Source of the DNA: Escherichia phage nepoznato
Strand: one strand, 5' to 3'
Sequence record: NC_052658.1
Length of the DNA stretch: 64,000 bases
Shown here: one piece after another, positions 1 to 8,972 of the stretch
Layout of the letters: each line of letters opens with the position of its first letter
Numbering within the stretch: the first letter of the stretch is position 1
Translations under genes and position numbers: made by a program
The notes under the pieces: model-generated
What the model was told of the DNA's origin: nothing
Databases searched by the model: none
Seen by the model: the letters and a program-made list of their open reading frames with translations, nothing else

Positions 1-1344
1 GCACGTCGCGCTGGTGTGTATGACAAATTGTGTGAAGGTATTGTGAAGGTGTATGGCTGGGAGGGAGAAGATGATCCAACCTGTTCAGGTGATTTTGCAA
101 TGAACGATATGACCTTCCCATATATTTCCTACAATGTCTCCACTGGTGAAATAAACGGTGTAACCAGCACCAGTGTTGATCGTTATCCAGACGCAGAACA
201 AACCACAGGAGGTTACATGTTAGATTTGATTCTTAAGAAATCAGGGTTATTGGGAATCGAAGACGTTTTCGTAGATGCAGATAGTTTATCATTAGGAGAT
301 GTTGTTAAACTACTGGTAGACTTTAGGTTTGCAACAGGTAAAAGCTTCTGGAAGCCAGAAGATGCTGAACGTTTGAAGACAATCGATCCAAGTATGTATG
401 AACTGCCACAATATAAAGATAAACAATTCCGCAAGGTTATCTTCTTTGATCGTCAAGCAGGCTTAGATGCAATGCATATTGAAGTTGGGGATTTACCACG
501 CCCACACTCTGCTGCTACTGGTGATCGCGGCCTTGTAGAAGTCACGGCTCAAGAATTTAAAAATATGTTTGCTGCGAAATACGATGAAGCTGCGCCTGTG
601 CCAAGTATTGAGGAGCAAGAGGAAGAACAGTTTGTAGCGGAAGATACTGCATTTGAATATCTGCCGAACACAGGTGTTATGCCTTCGGAAGATTTCGTGC
701 AGGTTCGCTTCAACAATGGTCAAACAGATGTTGCTAAGGGAACAGTGTTCACTTGGAATATCGACAATCTGGAAGAGTGGGCGATTAAAGAATACTTCAT
801 TCTCCCGCGCACGGCAAAATACAACTATAATAATGGTGGACACCGCCCTTGTGGTGGTCACGTAGAAGTTCTCTTTCGTGACGGAACTACGGATAGTGGA
901 TCGGCTACGCATTTCACTTGGGGTCATGTTGGATATGATCGGGATATTGTTGGTTGGCTTCCAACTAACAACCCTAAACCACGTTACCGTAAGCCTCGTA
1001 AGAAGCCTCCGGTAGGTAAGAAGAGTGTCGTTCGTGTCCTCTACACTACGCAACAGACCTACACATTTAAAAATGTGGTAGACGTGCAAGTAACCGAGGA
1101 GCGAGTTTATATCCAATATGATCGTGAAGTTACAGAGGGTATCAAAGAATCGGTTACTACCGAAATTGAAAATAAGCTTGTTATGGCAATCATTGTGGAA
1201 GAAAGTAAAGTAGAGAACGGTAAAGCCTATACTGTTCGTGATAGCTTCTTGCGTAATATCGATGGAACCTGGGATTACAATGGACACGATGGGACCGCTG
1301 TGAAGAACGGTAAGATCATGGGAAGACAATTCCTCTCCAAATGA
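1..1344 (+). CDS. Hypothetical protein, possibly 5' partial (frame is open back to position 1; GTG at 16 is the first possible start)
   Basis: Long ORF with no in-frame stop from position 1; lysine/proline-rich stretch PKPRYRKPRKKPPVGKK; no recognisable catalytic motif. Confidence 0.5.
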   Translation, partial: ARRAGVYDKLCEGIVKVYGWEGEDDPTCSGDFAMNDMTFPYISYNVSTGEINGVTSTSVDRYPDAEQTTGGYMLDLILKKSGLLGIEDVFVDADSLSLGDVVKLLVDFRFATGKSFWKPEDAERLKTIDPSMYELPQYKDKQFRKVIFFDRQAGLDAMHIEVGDLPRPHSAATGDRGLVEVTAQEFKNMFAAKYDEAAPVPSIEEQEEEQFVAEDTAFEYLPNTGVMPSEDFVQVRFNNGQTDVAKGTVFTWNIDNLEEWAIKEYFILPRTAKYNYNNGGHRPCGGHVEVLFRDGTTDSGSATHFTWGHVGYDRDIVGWLPTNNPKPRYRKPRKKPPVGKKSVVRVLYTTQQTYTFKNVVDVQVTEERVYIQYDREVTEGIKESVTTEIENKLVMAIIVEESKVENGKAYTVRDSFLRNIDGTWDYNGHDGTAVKNGKIMGRQFLSK

Positions 1345-1352
1345 TAAAACTT

Positions 1353-1377
1353 AAAGGCGCACTTTGCGCCTTTTTTG
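1353..1377 (+). terminator. Rho-independent terminator
   Basis: Hairpin GGCGCA-CTT-TGCGCC (1356-1370) followed by TTTTTT (1371-1376), just after the stop at 1342-1344. Confidence 0.7.
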
Positions 1378-1447
1378 ATTTCCCTCAAAGCTTTTTTCGG
1401 TTGAAAGAGGTAGAATAATAGTTCTACTCACAAAATAAGGATTAATA

Positions 1448-2320
1448 ATGAAAGATTTGTACCAAGATGTTTTTTCTTTTTTAGATCGCACTTCAGAAAC
1501 ATACACTAGAGAGAATGCAAACAAACCTTCCCACCTTGTTAACACGCACAGGGATCTCTTGGCGGGGATTTTAAGCAAACATATGGCAATGACACAGATA
1601 CTGCCAAAAAACTTGTCAGAATGGCATACAGAAGGTTTTGGACATATTCACGACTTGGATTATCTGCTCTCTCCTCTTACAAACTGTTGTCTTGTTAATT
1701 ATCAAGATATGTTAGAGAATGGTTTTAAGATCGGTGCTGCACAGATAGAAAAACCAAAATCTATTGGAGTAGCTACTACAGTGCTAACTCAAATCATCCA
1801 AGCTGTTGCCTCCAGTCAGTATGGAGGTCAGACGTGTGCGCACATTGATAAAGGTCTTAGTCCTTATGTTGAAGCCAGTTTCCTTAAAAACATGGAGATA
1901 ACCAAACGTCGCTACGGTTGTTATGCAAGGAAAGAAGCCCTAGAAATGACCGAACAAGATGTATATGACGCTATGCAAACTCTTTTGTATCAGGTTAACA
2001 CTTTAATGAGTGTTAATGGACAATCTCCTTTTATTACAATCAGTATGGGTCTGGATACCTCTGTTTTTGGCAGAATGATCACAGCTAACTATCTTAAAGT
2101 GCATAGTAACGGTCTAGGTAAAGATCATGTAACGCCTGTATTCCCTAAAGTTATTTTCTTTTTACAAGAAGGTGTTAACATGAAACCTAGTGATCCTAAC
2201 TACGACCTTAAGCAACAAGCTTTGGCATGTTGTGCTGATCGTATTTATCCAGATTTTATTTCTGTTCCTTTGAACAAAGAAGTTACGGGATCAGCAGATG
2301 GTACCGTTACGAGTATGGGT
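1448..2320 (+). CDS. nrdD: Anaerobic ribonucleoside-triphosphate reductase NrdD, exon 1
   Basis: Class III RNR N-terminal/catalytic region (e.g. KPKSIGVATTVLTQIIQAVASSQYGGQT, DPNYDLKQ). Exon ends after ...TSMG; the last exon base is T, as expected at a group I 5' splice site. The ORF as read runs on to a stop at 2327-2329. Confidence 0.8.
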
Positions 2321-3090
2321 AAACTATAACTGCTCATGTAAAATCTGCCTAAACGGGGGAACTCTCAACAGAGACAATCCCGTGCTAAACGTAACAGAAC
2401 TCCCAACACAGAAGAAGGGGGTACTGATATGAGAAAACAAATTCGTGATTTTGAAGGGTATGAAATTGACGAGCTTGGAAATGTTTATTGTACCAGGTAT
2501 AAGGATGAAAGAATCCTTCGCTCGTGGGAAGAAATAAACACAGGATACCAACTTGTCAGAATACGTAAAAACAAGAAAACTGTTTGCTTTCGGGTGCACA
2601 GACTTGTAGCTGAAGCGTTTTTACCCAATCCAGACAATTTACCTTATGTGAAGCATAAAGGTGACAATAGGAAAGACAACAGTGTATACAATCTTGAGTG
2701 GGGATCTTGTCCAGACAACACGCAAGAGGGTTACGATAATAACTGTTATGCTTTCTACACAAGGTGTCACAGTGTAAAAGCTACTCATAAGGCTACTGGT
2801 GAAGTTTTTTACTTTAAAAGTCTGAGATGTTGTGCTGACGCTTTAGGGTTGGACAGAAAAAGAATATCTGCAATCTTAAAACAAGGAGCACCAAATAATT
2901 ATGATTATGAGTTCTGTTACGAAATGCCTAACGACTAGCTGTGATGAATGTAGCAGCGTAGGGTGTAAGCCTATGACACCCCAAATGGTAGACATGCTTT
3001 AAGCATGAAGATATAGTCTGATCTGCATGGTGACATGCAGCAGCACGTAATGGTGCGGGAGTGGCCTTGCGAGCCACTTTGAACATAATG
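2321..3090 (+). mobile_element. Group I intron (T4 td/nrdD-like, IA2-type core) interrupting nrdD and carrying an HNH endonuclease ORF
   Basis: AAATCTGCCTAAACGGGGGAACTCTCAACAGAGACAATCCCGTGCTAAAC (about 2341-2390) closely matches the T4 td intron core as recalled; S-element-like AAGATATAGTCT at 3007-3018; intron ends in G (3090). Joining 2320 to 3091 gives SMG|CRSFL, matching E. coli NrdD PMGCRSFL. Exact boundaries are inferred, not verified. Confidence 0.7.
2429..2938 (+). CDS. HNH-family homing endonuclease (intron-encoded)
   Basis: ATG at 2429 with a GGGGG SD-like run upstream; HNH-type motif around VKHKGDNRKDNSVYNLEWGS; lies wholly inside the intron. Confidence 0.65.
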   Translation: MRKQIRDFEGYEIDELGNVYCTRYKDERILRSWEEINTGYQLVRIRKNKKTVCFRVHRLVAEAFLPNPDNLPYVKHKGDNRKDNSVYNLEWGSCPDNTQEGYDNNCYAFYTRCHSVKATHKATGEVFYFKSLRCCADALGLDRKRISAILKQGAPNNYDYEFCYEMPND

Positions 3091-4032
3091 TGTAGAAGTT
3101 TCTTGTCATACTATGCAACAGAGCAAGGAGAAAAATATGATGGACGATTCAACCTTGGAGTAGTTTCTATCAACTTGCCTCTGATTGCTGCGGAAGCGAG
3201 AAGTAAAGGAGAATCTTTCACCGATCTTCTTAATAAACATATGGAGATAGCCTACGATGCTCACATGCTACGTGTAAACCGTATCAGACATACCAAAGCA
3301 TCTGAAAACCCTATTCTTTTCATGGAAGGGGCTTTAGCGCGTTTAAATGCCAATGATGAAATTGGTGTTTTGTTTGAAGGTGGTTATGCTTCTATTAGTA
3401 TTGGTTATGTAGGTCTTGCCGAAGCTTTGGAAATCCTTTATCCAGAAGAAAAAGATAAAAAGGAACTTGGTAAAAACATTCTGCAACATATGAAAGATGT
3501 GTGTGCTGTGTTTAAAGAGCGATCTAAGCTGGCATTTAGTCTCTATGGAACTCCAGCAGAATCTTTGTGCTATAAGTTTGCAACAGCTTTAAATGAAAAA
3601 TACCCAGGTTTGGTAGAAAGAGACTATCTTACTAACTCTTTTCATCAACCTGTATGGTTGGTAACAAATCCTTTTGAAAAATGGGATTATGAAGCAGGTT
3701 TTGCACAGATTAGTAATGGTGGTAACATAAGTTATGTCGAAACACCAAACTTAAAGAATAACTTAGAAGCTTTGGAGACTTTAGTAGACTACGCTTATGA
3801 ACATATTCACTATTTTGGTATTAATCAGCCCGTGGATCAATGCTTTAAGTGTGGTTTTCATGGAGAATTTAAGGCAACGGCTAAAGGGTTTGAGTGTCCT
3901 GATTGTGGCAACCATGAAGAAGAAACTATTTCTGTAGTTAGACGTGTATCAGGGTATCTTTCTGCTCCTAATTCACGGCCTTATAACAAAGGTAAAATGC
4001 AGGAAGTTTTGCAAAGGGAGAAACATCTTTGA
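3091..4032 (+). CDS. nrdD: NrdD, exon 2 (glycyl-radical C-terminal part)
   Basis: CRSFL...GRFNLGVVSINLP, C-terminal zinc ribbon CFKCGFHGEF...CPDCGN and glycyl-radical motif RRVSGYL. The open frame begins at 3061 (GTG) but homology begins at 3091. Confidence 0.8.
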   Translation, partial: CRSFLSYYATEQGEKYDGRFNLGVVSINLPLIAAEARSKGESFTDLLNKHMEIAYDAHMLRVNRIRHTKASENPILFMEGALARLNANDEIGVLFEGGYASISIGYVGLAEALEILYPEEKDKKELGKNILQHMKDVCAVFKERSKLAFSLYGTPAESLCYKFATALNEKYPGLVERDYLTNSFHQPVWLVTNPFEKWDYEAGFAQISNGGNISYVETPNLKNNLEALETLVDYAYEHIHYFGINQPVDQCFKCGFHGEFKATAKGFECPDCGNHEEETISVVRRVSGYLSAPNSRPYNKGKMQEVLQREKHL

Positions 4033-4499
4033 ATTTTGCAGGATATGAACCTGTAGATCTTATTAATGGTGAGGGAGTTAGGTGCTCCCTCTGGGTTAGT
4101 GGTTGTAGCCACGGTTGTCGTGGCTGTTTTAACCAGAAAGCCTGGTCTTATTCTTACGGGGAACCGTTTACTCACGAAAATGTAGAGCAAGTTTTAAAAG
4201 ATTTGTCAAGACCGTTTGTAAAAGGTTTAACAATTTTAGGAGGAGAACCATTAGATCCGCAGAATATTTACAATGTTAAAAGCCTTATAGAAAAGGTTAG
4301 AGACGTTTATGGGTCAAGCAAAGATATAATGGTGTATACAGGATATACTTTTGAGGAAGTGCCTTTATATATTAAAAATCTTGTTGACATTATTGTAGAC
4401 GGAAAGTATGAAATAAACAATCCAACTACAAAACCTTTCAGAGGGTCAGATAATCAAAGATTATGGACCAAAACGGCAAGTGGTTGGCAATCAGATTAA
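4029..4499 (+). CDS. nrdG: Anaerobic RNR activating protein NrdG (radical SAM)
   Basis: Cysteine cluster CSLWVSGCSHGCRGCFN and LTILGGEPL; TTG start overlapping the nrdD stop; AGGGAG SD upstream. Confidence 0.8.
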   Translation: MNFAGYEPVDLINGEGVRCSLWVSGCSHGCRGCFNQKAWSYSYGEPFTHENVEQVLKDLSRPFVKGLTILGGEPLDPQNIYNVKSLIEKVRDVYGSSKDIMVYTGYTFEEVPLYIKNLVDIIVDGKYEINNPTTKPFRGSDNQRLWTKTASGWQSD

Positions 4500-4512
4500 C
4501 TTAGGAGGTTTC

Positions 4513-4704
4513 ATGGTTACATATTTTGCTGTAGGAGATAGAGTAGGGACGGCAGGAGAACTGTTGAAGAACAGTGATCGGGACGTTAAGGAGATTCTTG
4601 CAACCCTTGTGGATATTTTACAAAGAAAAGAGTTGCTTTCTGATCGAGATGTTGCTAAATTACTTGATATCGGAGGAGATGAACTTCAAAGACTTCCATT
4701 TTAA
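4513..4704 (+). CDS. Hypothetical small protein
   Basis: ATG at 4513 preceded by AGGAGG (4503-4508); 63 aa; no motif. Confidence 0.4.
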   Translation: MVTYFAVGDRVGTAGELLKNSDRDVKEILATLVDILQRKELLSDRDVAKLLDIGGDELQRLPF

Positions 4705-4719
4705 GTGAGGAGATAAGTA

Positions 4720-5325
4720 ATGCAACATAGTGTAGTAGTCAACATGCCGAATAGTGGGGATAAATCTTTTGGTGTCCCTGCTAAAAAAGTGTGGAAAGCC
4801 CATTTTCATCTTACTTTATCTAACGTTAGTTCTGAAGAGTTGATGAAAGCAGCTAAGATTATTGGTGCCAAATGCACAACAATTGATTTACATCGGGATA
4901 CAAAGTCTCAACGTGATCGTATGTTAACAAAGTATCAAAGCGATCTCGACACTACTTTAATGTTGCAGTGTGTAGAAAAACTTGAGAATGCAGGTTTCAA
5001 TGTTGTTCGTTACAAACTGGAACGAATGTTTAAACATGTTGCCTGTGTTCTTTTCATGGATCTAAGTAAAGAAAATTATGGAGAAGTTCACATTAAGACT
5101 TCAGCAAGTGATCCCGAAGTAGAAACAAACTTCTTCCGTATTTCTTCTAATGCTGAAGAAATTGATTACCGATTTTATAATGCTCGCTTATATTCCGCAG
5201 AAGATAAGTTGCGTTTCAATGAAGCGTATGATATGCTCTTGAACAGTGGGATACAGATAAAAGGCTACCACATAGAACAAGTGGTAGTGGACAGTAATCT
5301 TAACTTAGACGCATGGTGGGCTTAA
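4720..5325 (+). CDS. Hypothetical protein; weak 2H-phosphoesterase-like HxTx motif
   Basis: GAGGAG SD; one HLTL (H-x-T-x) motif near residue 30; a second canonical motif is not clear (VHIKTS). Confidence 0.45.
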   Translation: MQHSVVVNMPNSGDKSFGVPAKKVWKAHFHLTLSNVSSEELMKAAKIIGAKCTTIDLHRDTKSQRDRMLTKYQSDLDTTLMLQCVEKLENAGFNVVRYKLERMFKHVACVLFMDLSKENYGEVHIKTSASDPEVETNFFRISSNAEEIDYRFYNARLYSAEDKLRFNEAYDMLLNSGIQIKGYHIEQVVVDSNLNLDAWWA

Positions 5326-5326
5326 T

Positions 5327-5983
5327 ATGACTATTAAACATATCTCTTTTGATGTATGGAACACACTGATCACAGCAAACTCCAATTACGCAGACATGCG
5401 AGCCTGGACTATCGCAAAATATGGAGATATTACGGAAGTGGAAGCAAGAGCAGCTTATAAGAAGATCAAAAAGGAACTGGATAATGCAGCACTTCAAGGC
5501 AAAGCCGAGTGTGCAGCATACGCCTGGGAAAGACTTGGTTCTGAACTTGGGATAACACCTTGGAAGTCTGCAAAGCTTCGTTTCGAGTGTGAACAGTGGT
5601 TCCTTAAGTTTCCACCACACGTAGCCGTGGATCTGCCGATGTACTTGCTGTATCTTTCGGGACGTTATGATTTGAGTATTAAGAGCAATACCAACTTTAT
5701 ATCAGGGGATATCCTGCGTCGTGCTTGTAAGTTTGATAGTTGGAATTGTTTTGAGTTCACCCATTTCTCGGATGAAGCTTTACTTTGTAAACCAGATCCG
5801 CGATTCTTTGCTCGCACGCTCACATATTCTCCGATCCCTCTGTTAGGGCACGAAGTATTGCACGTAGGCGATAGTGAAGAATATGATGGAAAATGTGTTG
5901 ACTTAGGATTTAACTTCTGTCATATTAAGAACCCTAACGACTTACTAGAGAAACTTAAAAGAGGAGAAATTGTAAATGCGTAA
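5327..5983 (+). CDS. HAD-superfamily hydrolase-like protein
   Basis: N-terminal ISFDVWNTLI (haloacid-dehalogenase-type DxYGT-like motif I variant) and C-terminal HVGDSEEYDG (motif IV-like). Confidence 0.5.
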   Translation: MTIKHISFDVWNTLITANSNYADMRAWTIAKYGDITEVEARAAYKKIKKELDNAALQGKAECAAYAWERLGSELGITPWKSAKLRFECEQWFLKFPPHVAVDLPMYLLYLSGRYDLSIKSNTNFISGDILRRACKFDSWNCFEFTHFSDEALLCKPDPRFFARTLTYSPIPLLGHEVLHVGDSEEYDGKCVDLGFNFCHIKNPNDLLEKLKRGEIVNA

Positions 5984-6803
5984 TCAAACTCAAATTTTTG
6001 CAAATAAATTTGATGACCTGGAAACTGCTACTTTTGATATCCAAGATTATTCAAAATTGAAATTTGGTAGTAACCAAGCCGCGCGTCGTATGGGTAAAGA
6101 ATTGGCACTTCAGTTTTTTGCTCAAGTGGCAATGAAACATATTGGGGAACAATTTGTTATCATTCCTTCTCCTTACAACCATGTGCATAATGCTGCAACA
6201 ATGATGACAGATCATTTTATTAATTACTTTAACATGTTGCAATCACAATATAATCAAGGTCGTTCAGCAGAACTGGACATTATTCATCGTAAAGTTAGCT
6301 ATATCAACGATTATGGTTTCTTGGATAAAGCTAGTCGTAAGAAACTTATTGATGGGGATACATTCTACTGCAACAAAGAATTCTGGGGTGATAAGAAGCT
6401 TGTATTCATTGATGATGTAAATATCACTGGAACGCATGAAGACAAACTGATTGAGATTCTTGATGAAAATCAAGTTAAAAATGATGTTTACTTCCTGTAT
6501 TTTGCAAAATATGAAGGTAATCAAGCAGATACCGAAGCTAAACTGAATTTTAACTACATTAATACACCAGAAGCGTTTGTTAAAATGATTAATGAAGAAC
6601 GTGATGCACAGTGTCTTGTTCGTCCTATTAAATATCTTATGGGCCAAAATCATGAAGACTTCAAAATCATTCTTAGCCAATTGCCACACTACTATGTAGA
6701 GCAACTTTTCTTCGGCTGTTTAGCTGAAGGCTACAATCGAATTGCAAAGTATACTGAAAACTTTGAATTCTTGGATCGTTACACAAAACAACACATTCTG
6801 TAA
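5976..6803 (+). CDS. Phosphoribosyltransferase (PRTase)-like protein
   Basis: KKLVFIDDVNITGT resembles the type I PRTase PRPP-binding loop; GAGGAG SD; start overlaps the end of the HAD-like gene. Confidence 0.5.
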   Translation: MRNQTQIFANKFDDLETATFDIQDYSKLKFGSNQAARRMGKELALQFFAQVAMKHIGEQFVIIPSPYNHVHNAATMMTDHFINYFNMLQSQYNQGRSAELDIIHRKVSYINDYGFLDKASRKKLIDGDTFYCNKEFWGDKKLVFIDDVNITGTHEDKLIEILDENQVKNDVYFLYFAKYEGNQADTEAKLNFNYINTPEAFVKMINEERDAQCLVRPIKYLMGQNHEDFKIILSQLPHYYVEQLFFGCLAEGYNRIAKYTENFEFLDRYTKQHIL

Positions 6804-6817
6804 TAAGGAGCTAAAAA

Positions 6818-7291
6818 ATGCTTAAAATGAAAACAGGTAATCTTATTGATGCCGCTAAAGCAGGTGAAGTAACTGTTATTGCTCATTGTTGCAATTGTAT
6901 GTGTAATATGGGGGCAGGAATTGCTCCGCAAATTAAACGAGCATTCCCTTATGCATATGCGGCGGATTTAGACACAATGGCTGGTGATCAGAGTAAGTTA
7001 GGTTCTTTTAGTTTAGGGGTGCCAGACGAACAATCAGACCCTTTGGTATATAATCTATACGGGCAATACCGTTACGGATATAATGCTAAAGGTCGTCAGT
7101 TGGACTATGATGCCCTATACGATGCACTAATAGCTATGGCTAATGATTTGCTTCTCCGTGACCAAAAATGTAAGATCGGTTTACCTATGATTGGAGCGGG
7201 ACATGCCGGAGGTAATTGGGCTATCATCCAAGTGATGATTGAAGAAACTTTAGTAAAAACAGGTCACGATGTGACTATTTATAAACTTTAA
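6818..7291 (+). CDS. Macro-domain (ADP-ribose-binding/processing) protein, divergent
   Basis: VTVIAHCCNCMCNMGAGIAPQI aligns with the macro VxNAAN..LxGGGGVDGAI region; LPMIGAGHAGGNWAII aligns with the second macro motif; 157 aa. Confidence 0.55.
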   Translation: MLKMKTGNLIDAAKAGEVTVIAHCCNCMCNMGAGIAPQIKRAFPYAYAADLDTMAGDQSKLGSFSLGVPDEQSDPLVYNLYGQYRYGYNAKGRQLDYDALYDALIAMANDLLLRDQKCKIGLPMIGAGHAGGNWAIIQVMIEETLVKTGHDVTIYKL

Positions 7292-7303
7292 GAGGAGATT
7301 AGT

Positions 7304-7525
7304 ATGGGTGTTTTTGCAGGTATTGTTGCAGTGGTAAGCTTTTTTGTTATTGCTTTTATGCTTAGTTTGATTCCAGCTTGGTTACTGTTGCTGGCTTACA
7401 ACTATGTTGCTGAAGTTATGGGTCATGCAGATATCACTGTCCCAGTAACCTTCTGGACCGTGGTTTGTGTTTCGTTTATTCTGGCTGTATTACGAGGAAT
7501 CTTTTCCTCTCATTCAACAAAATAA
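7304..7525 (+). CDS. Small membrane protein (two predicted TM helices)
   Basis: AGAGGAG SD; hydrophobic segments FAGIVAVVSFFVIAFMLSLIPAWLLLLAY and TVVCVSFILAVL. Confidence 0.5.
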   Translation: MGVFAGIVAVVSFFVIAFMLSLIPAWLLLLAYNYVAEVMGHADITVPVTFWTVVCVSFILAVLRGIFSSHSTK

Positions 7526-7528
7526 GTG

Positions 7529-7557
7529 TTGACATAGTTCTTAAAAAGAGTAAGATA
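7529..7557 (+). promoter_or_regulatory. Sigma70-like promoter upstream of terC
   Basis: TTGACA at 7529-7534, 16-17 nt spacer, TAAGAT -10-like hexamer; followed by a leader hairpin GCGGGGA/TCCCCGC (7569-7587) before the SD. Confidence 0.45.
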
Positions 7558-7604
7558 TATCACATGAAGCGGGGAATAGTTCCCCGCAAAGAGAGGAGAA
7601 AAGA

Positions 7605-8579
7605 ATGCAACTCGGTTTCCCAATTATTGATGTAGTTGTTTTAGTTGGTATTTTGGCATTGTCTATTGGTATCGATTTCTTTGGTCATAAAGAGAATAAA
7701 GAAATTGGAATTAAATCTGCTTTGCTTTGGTCTATTTTTTGGATTGCTTTAGCTTTAGGATATTACGCATTCATTTGGGTAGAACATGGTAAAGAGTTTG
7801 CCGCGCTTTTCCTAAGTGGCTATGTGTTGGAAAAGAGTCTTTCTGTAGATAACCTGATGGTGTTCATGGCAATTTTTGCAAGCTTTGGAATTAAGAGCAC
7901 ACATCTCCAACATAAGATTTTACTTTGGGGGATTGCAGGAGCCATTGTCTTCCGAGGTATTTTTGTTGCAGCAGGCACCGCTTTGTTTAACCTTCATTGG
8001 TCGGTACAAGTGTTGTTCGGTTTGATTGTAGCTTGGTCTGCCGTAGCTATCATCAAAGGTGGTGACGAAGAAGAGGATATTGATTACTCTAAGCATTGGG
8101 CTGTTCGTTTAGTAGGTAAAGTTCTGCCTGTGCACAATGCACTGGATGGTGAAAAGTTCATTACCATTAAGAATGGTATTAAATATGCAACTCCTGCTCT
8201 TCTTTGTGTGTTTGTTATTGAGCTTACAGATATTGTCTTCTCTTTTGATTCAGTTCCGGCTGTGATCGGTGTGACACAAGAACCTCTGCTGGTTTATTCT
8301 GCAATGCTGATGGCTGTTCTTGGTTTACGTGCGCTTTTCTTTGTGTTAAGTGTAGCTGTGAAATATCTGGTTCACTTAGAGAAAGCTGTTGCTGTGGTTC
8401 TGGTGTTTGTTGGTGTTAAACTTATGTATCACCCGTTCGGTGAAACACTTCATGCCAAGTGGTCATTCCTCCCGCATGATATTTCCCCTAACGTAAGTCT
8501 GATGATTGTTCTAGGCACATTAGCTCTTGGTGTTATTGCAAGCTTTATCTTCCCTGAAAAAGAAGAAGCTGCTGTTTAA
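7605..8579 (+). CDS. terC: TerC-family integral membrane protein
   Basis: Multi-pass membrane protein with the TerC signature EKSLSVDNLMVF and a second SFDSVPAV segment; 324 aa. Confidence 0.8.
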   Translation: MQLGFPIIDVVVLVGILALSIGIDFFGHKENKEIGIKSALLWSIFWIALALGYYAFIWVEHGKEFAALFLSGYVLEKSLSVDNLMVFMAIFASFGIKSTHLQHKILLWGIAGAIVFRGIFVAAGTALFNLHWSVQVLFGLIVAWSAVAIIKGGDEEEDIDYSKHWAVRLVGKVLPVHNALDGEKFITIKNGIKYATPALLCVFVIELTDIVFSFDSVPAVIGVTQEPLLVYSAMLMAVLGLRALFFVLSVAVKYLVHLEKAVAVVLVFVGVKLMYHPFGETLHAKWSFLPHDISPNVSLMIVLGTLALGVIASFIFPEKEEAAV

Positions 8580-8585
8580 TAGATG

Positions 8586-8610
8586 AGCCTCCTTCGGGAG
8601 GCTATTTTAT
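8586..8610 (+). terminator. Rho-independent terminator after terC
   Basis: Hairpin AGCCTCC-TTCG-GGAGGCT followed by ATTTTAT. Confidence 0.65.
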
Positions 8611-8621
8611 AGGAGAGACTT

Positions 8622-8972
8622 ATGAATAATTTTGATGAAATTCAAGAACTTGTTTGGGATTTATCTGGTGATGTGGATTACATTTCAGATTATCTTTCAA
8701 AAGTTTACCCTGGGGTAAGCGTTATGATTGTGACCAAAGATCCGATTAATTTGCCTCCTAATGTGGTAGCTTGTTGTGGAAGTGGTTCAGGAGAAGTAGA
8801 GCCTGTATCTCGTTGGGAATTAACTAAAGCTGTTTCAAAACGAAACGGTGAAGTTTTGAATATTGATATTGAACAAATATGGACTTCTCCAGCAGCCAAA
8901 TGGAATGATCCGAATGGTTGGGATTTGTTCTTCTGGGATAATGAAACTGATGATGAGGTATTTTTAAAATGA
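8622..8972 (+). CDS. Hypothetical protein
   Basis: ATG with SD; 116 aa; no motif. Confidence 0.45.
   Translation: MNNFDEIQELVWDLSGDVDYISDYLSKVYPGVSVMIVTKDPINLPPNVVACCGSGSGEVEPVSRWELTKAVSKRNGEVLNIDIEQIWTSPAAKWNDPNGWDLFFWDNETDDEVFLK

Noticed and set aside
493-1329. Long minus-strand ORF (278 aa) overlapping the first plus-strand gene
   Set aside because: Lies entirely antisense to a longer, better-supported ORF; no SD; likely a shadow ORF. The same reasoning was applied to 6264..6704(-), 9732..10190(-), 11610..11996(-), 14526..15080(-), 17092..17619(-), 28451..29164(-), 37896..38396(+) and 62838..63644(+).
5976-6803. Considered whether the PRTase-like protein is a Prs/ADPR-pyrophosphate-synthetase-type enzyme of a phage NAD-reconstitution pathway
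   Set aside because: Only a single PRPP-loop motif is visible and no Nampt-like partner occurs in the window; the first ORF (1-1344) shows no Nampt-like motifs.
7535-7604. Considered a yybP-ykoY (Mn-sensing) riboswitch in the terC leader, since bacterial TerC-family genes often carry one
   Set aside because: The leader is only about 70 nt with a single simple hairpin, too short for the riboswitch architecture; kept only as a leader hairpin.
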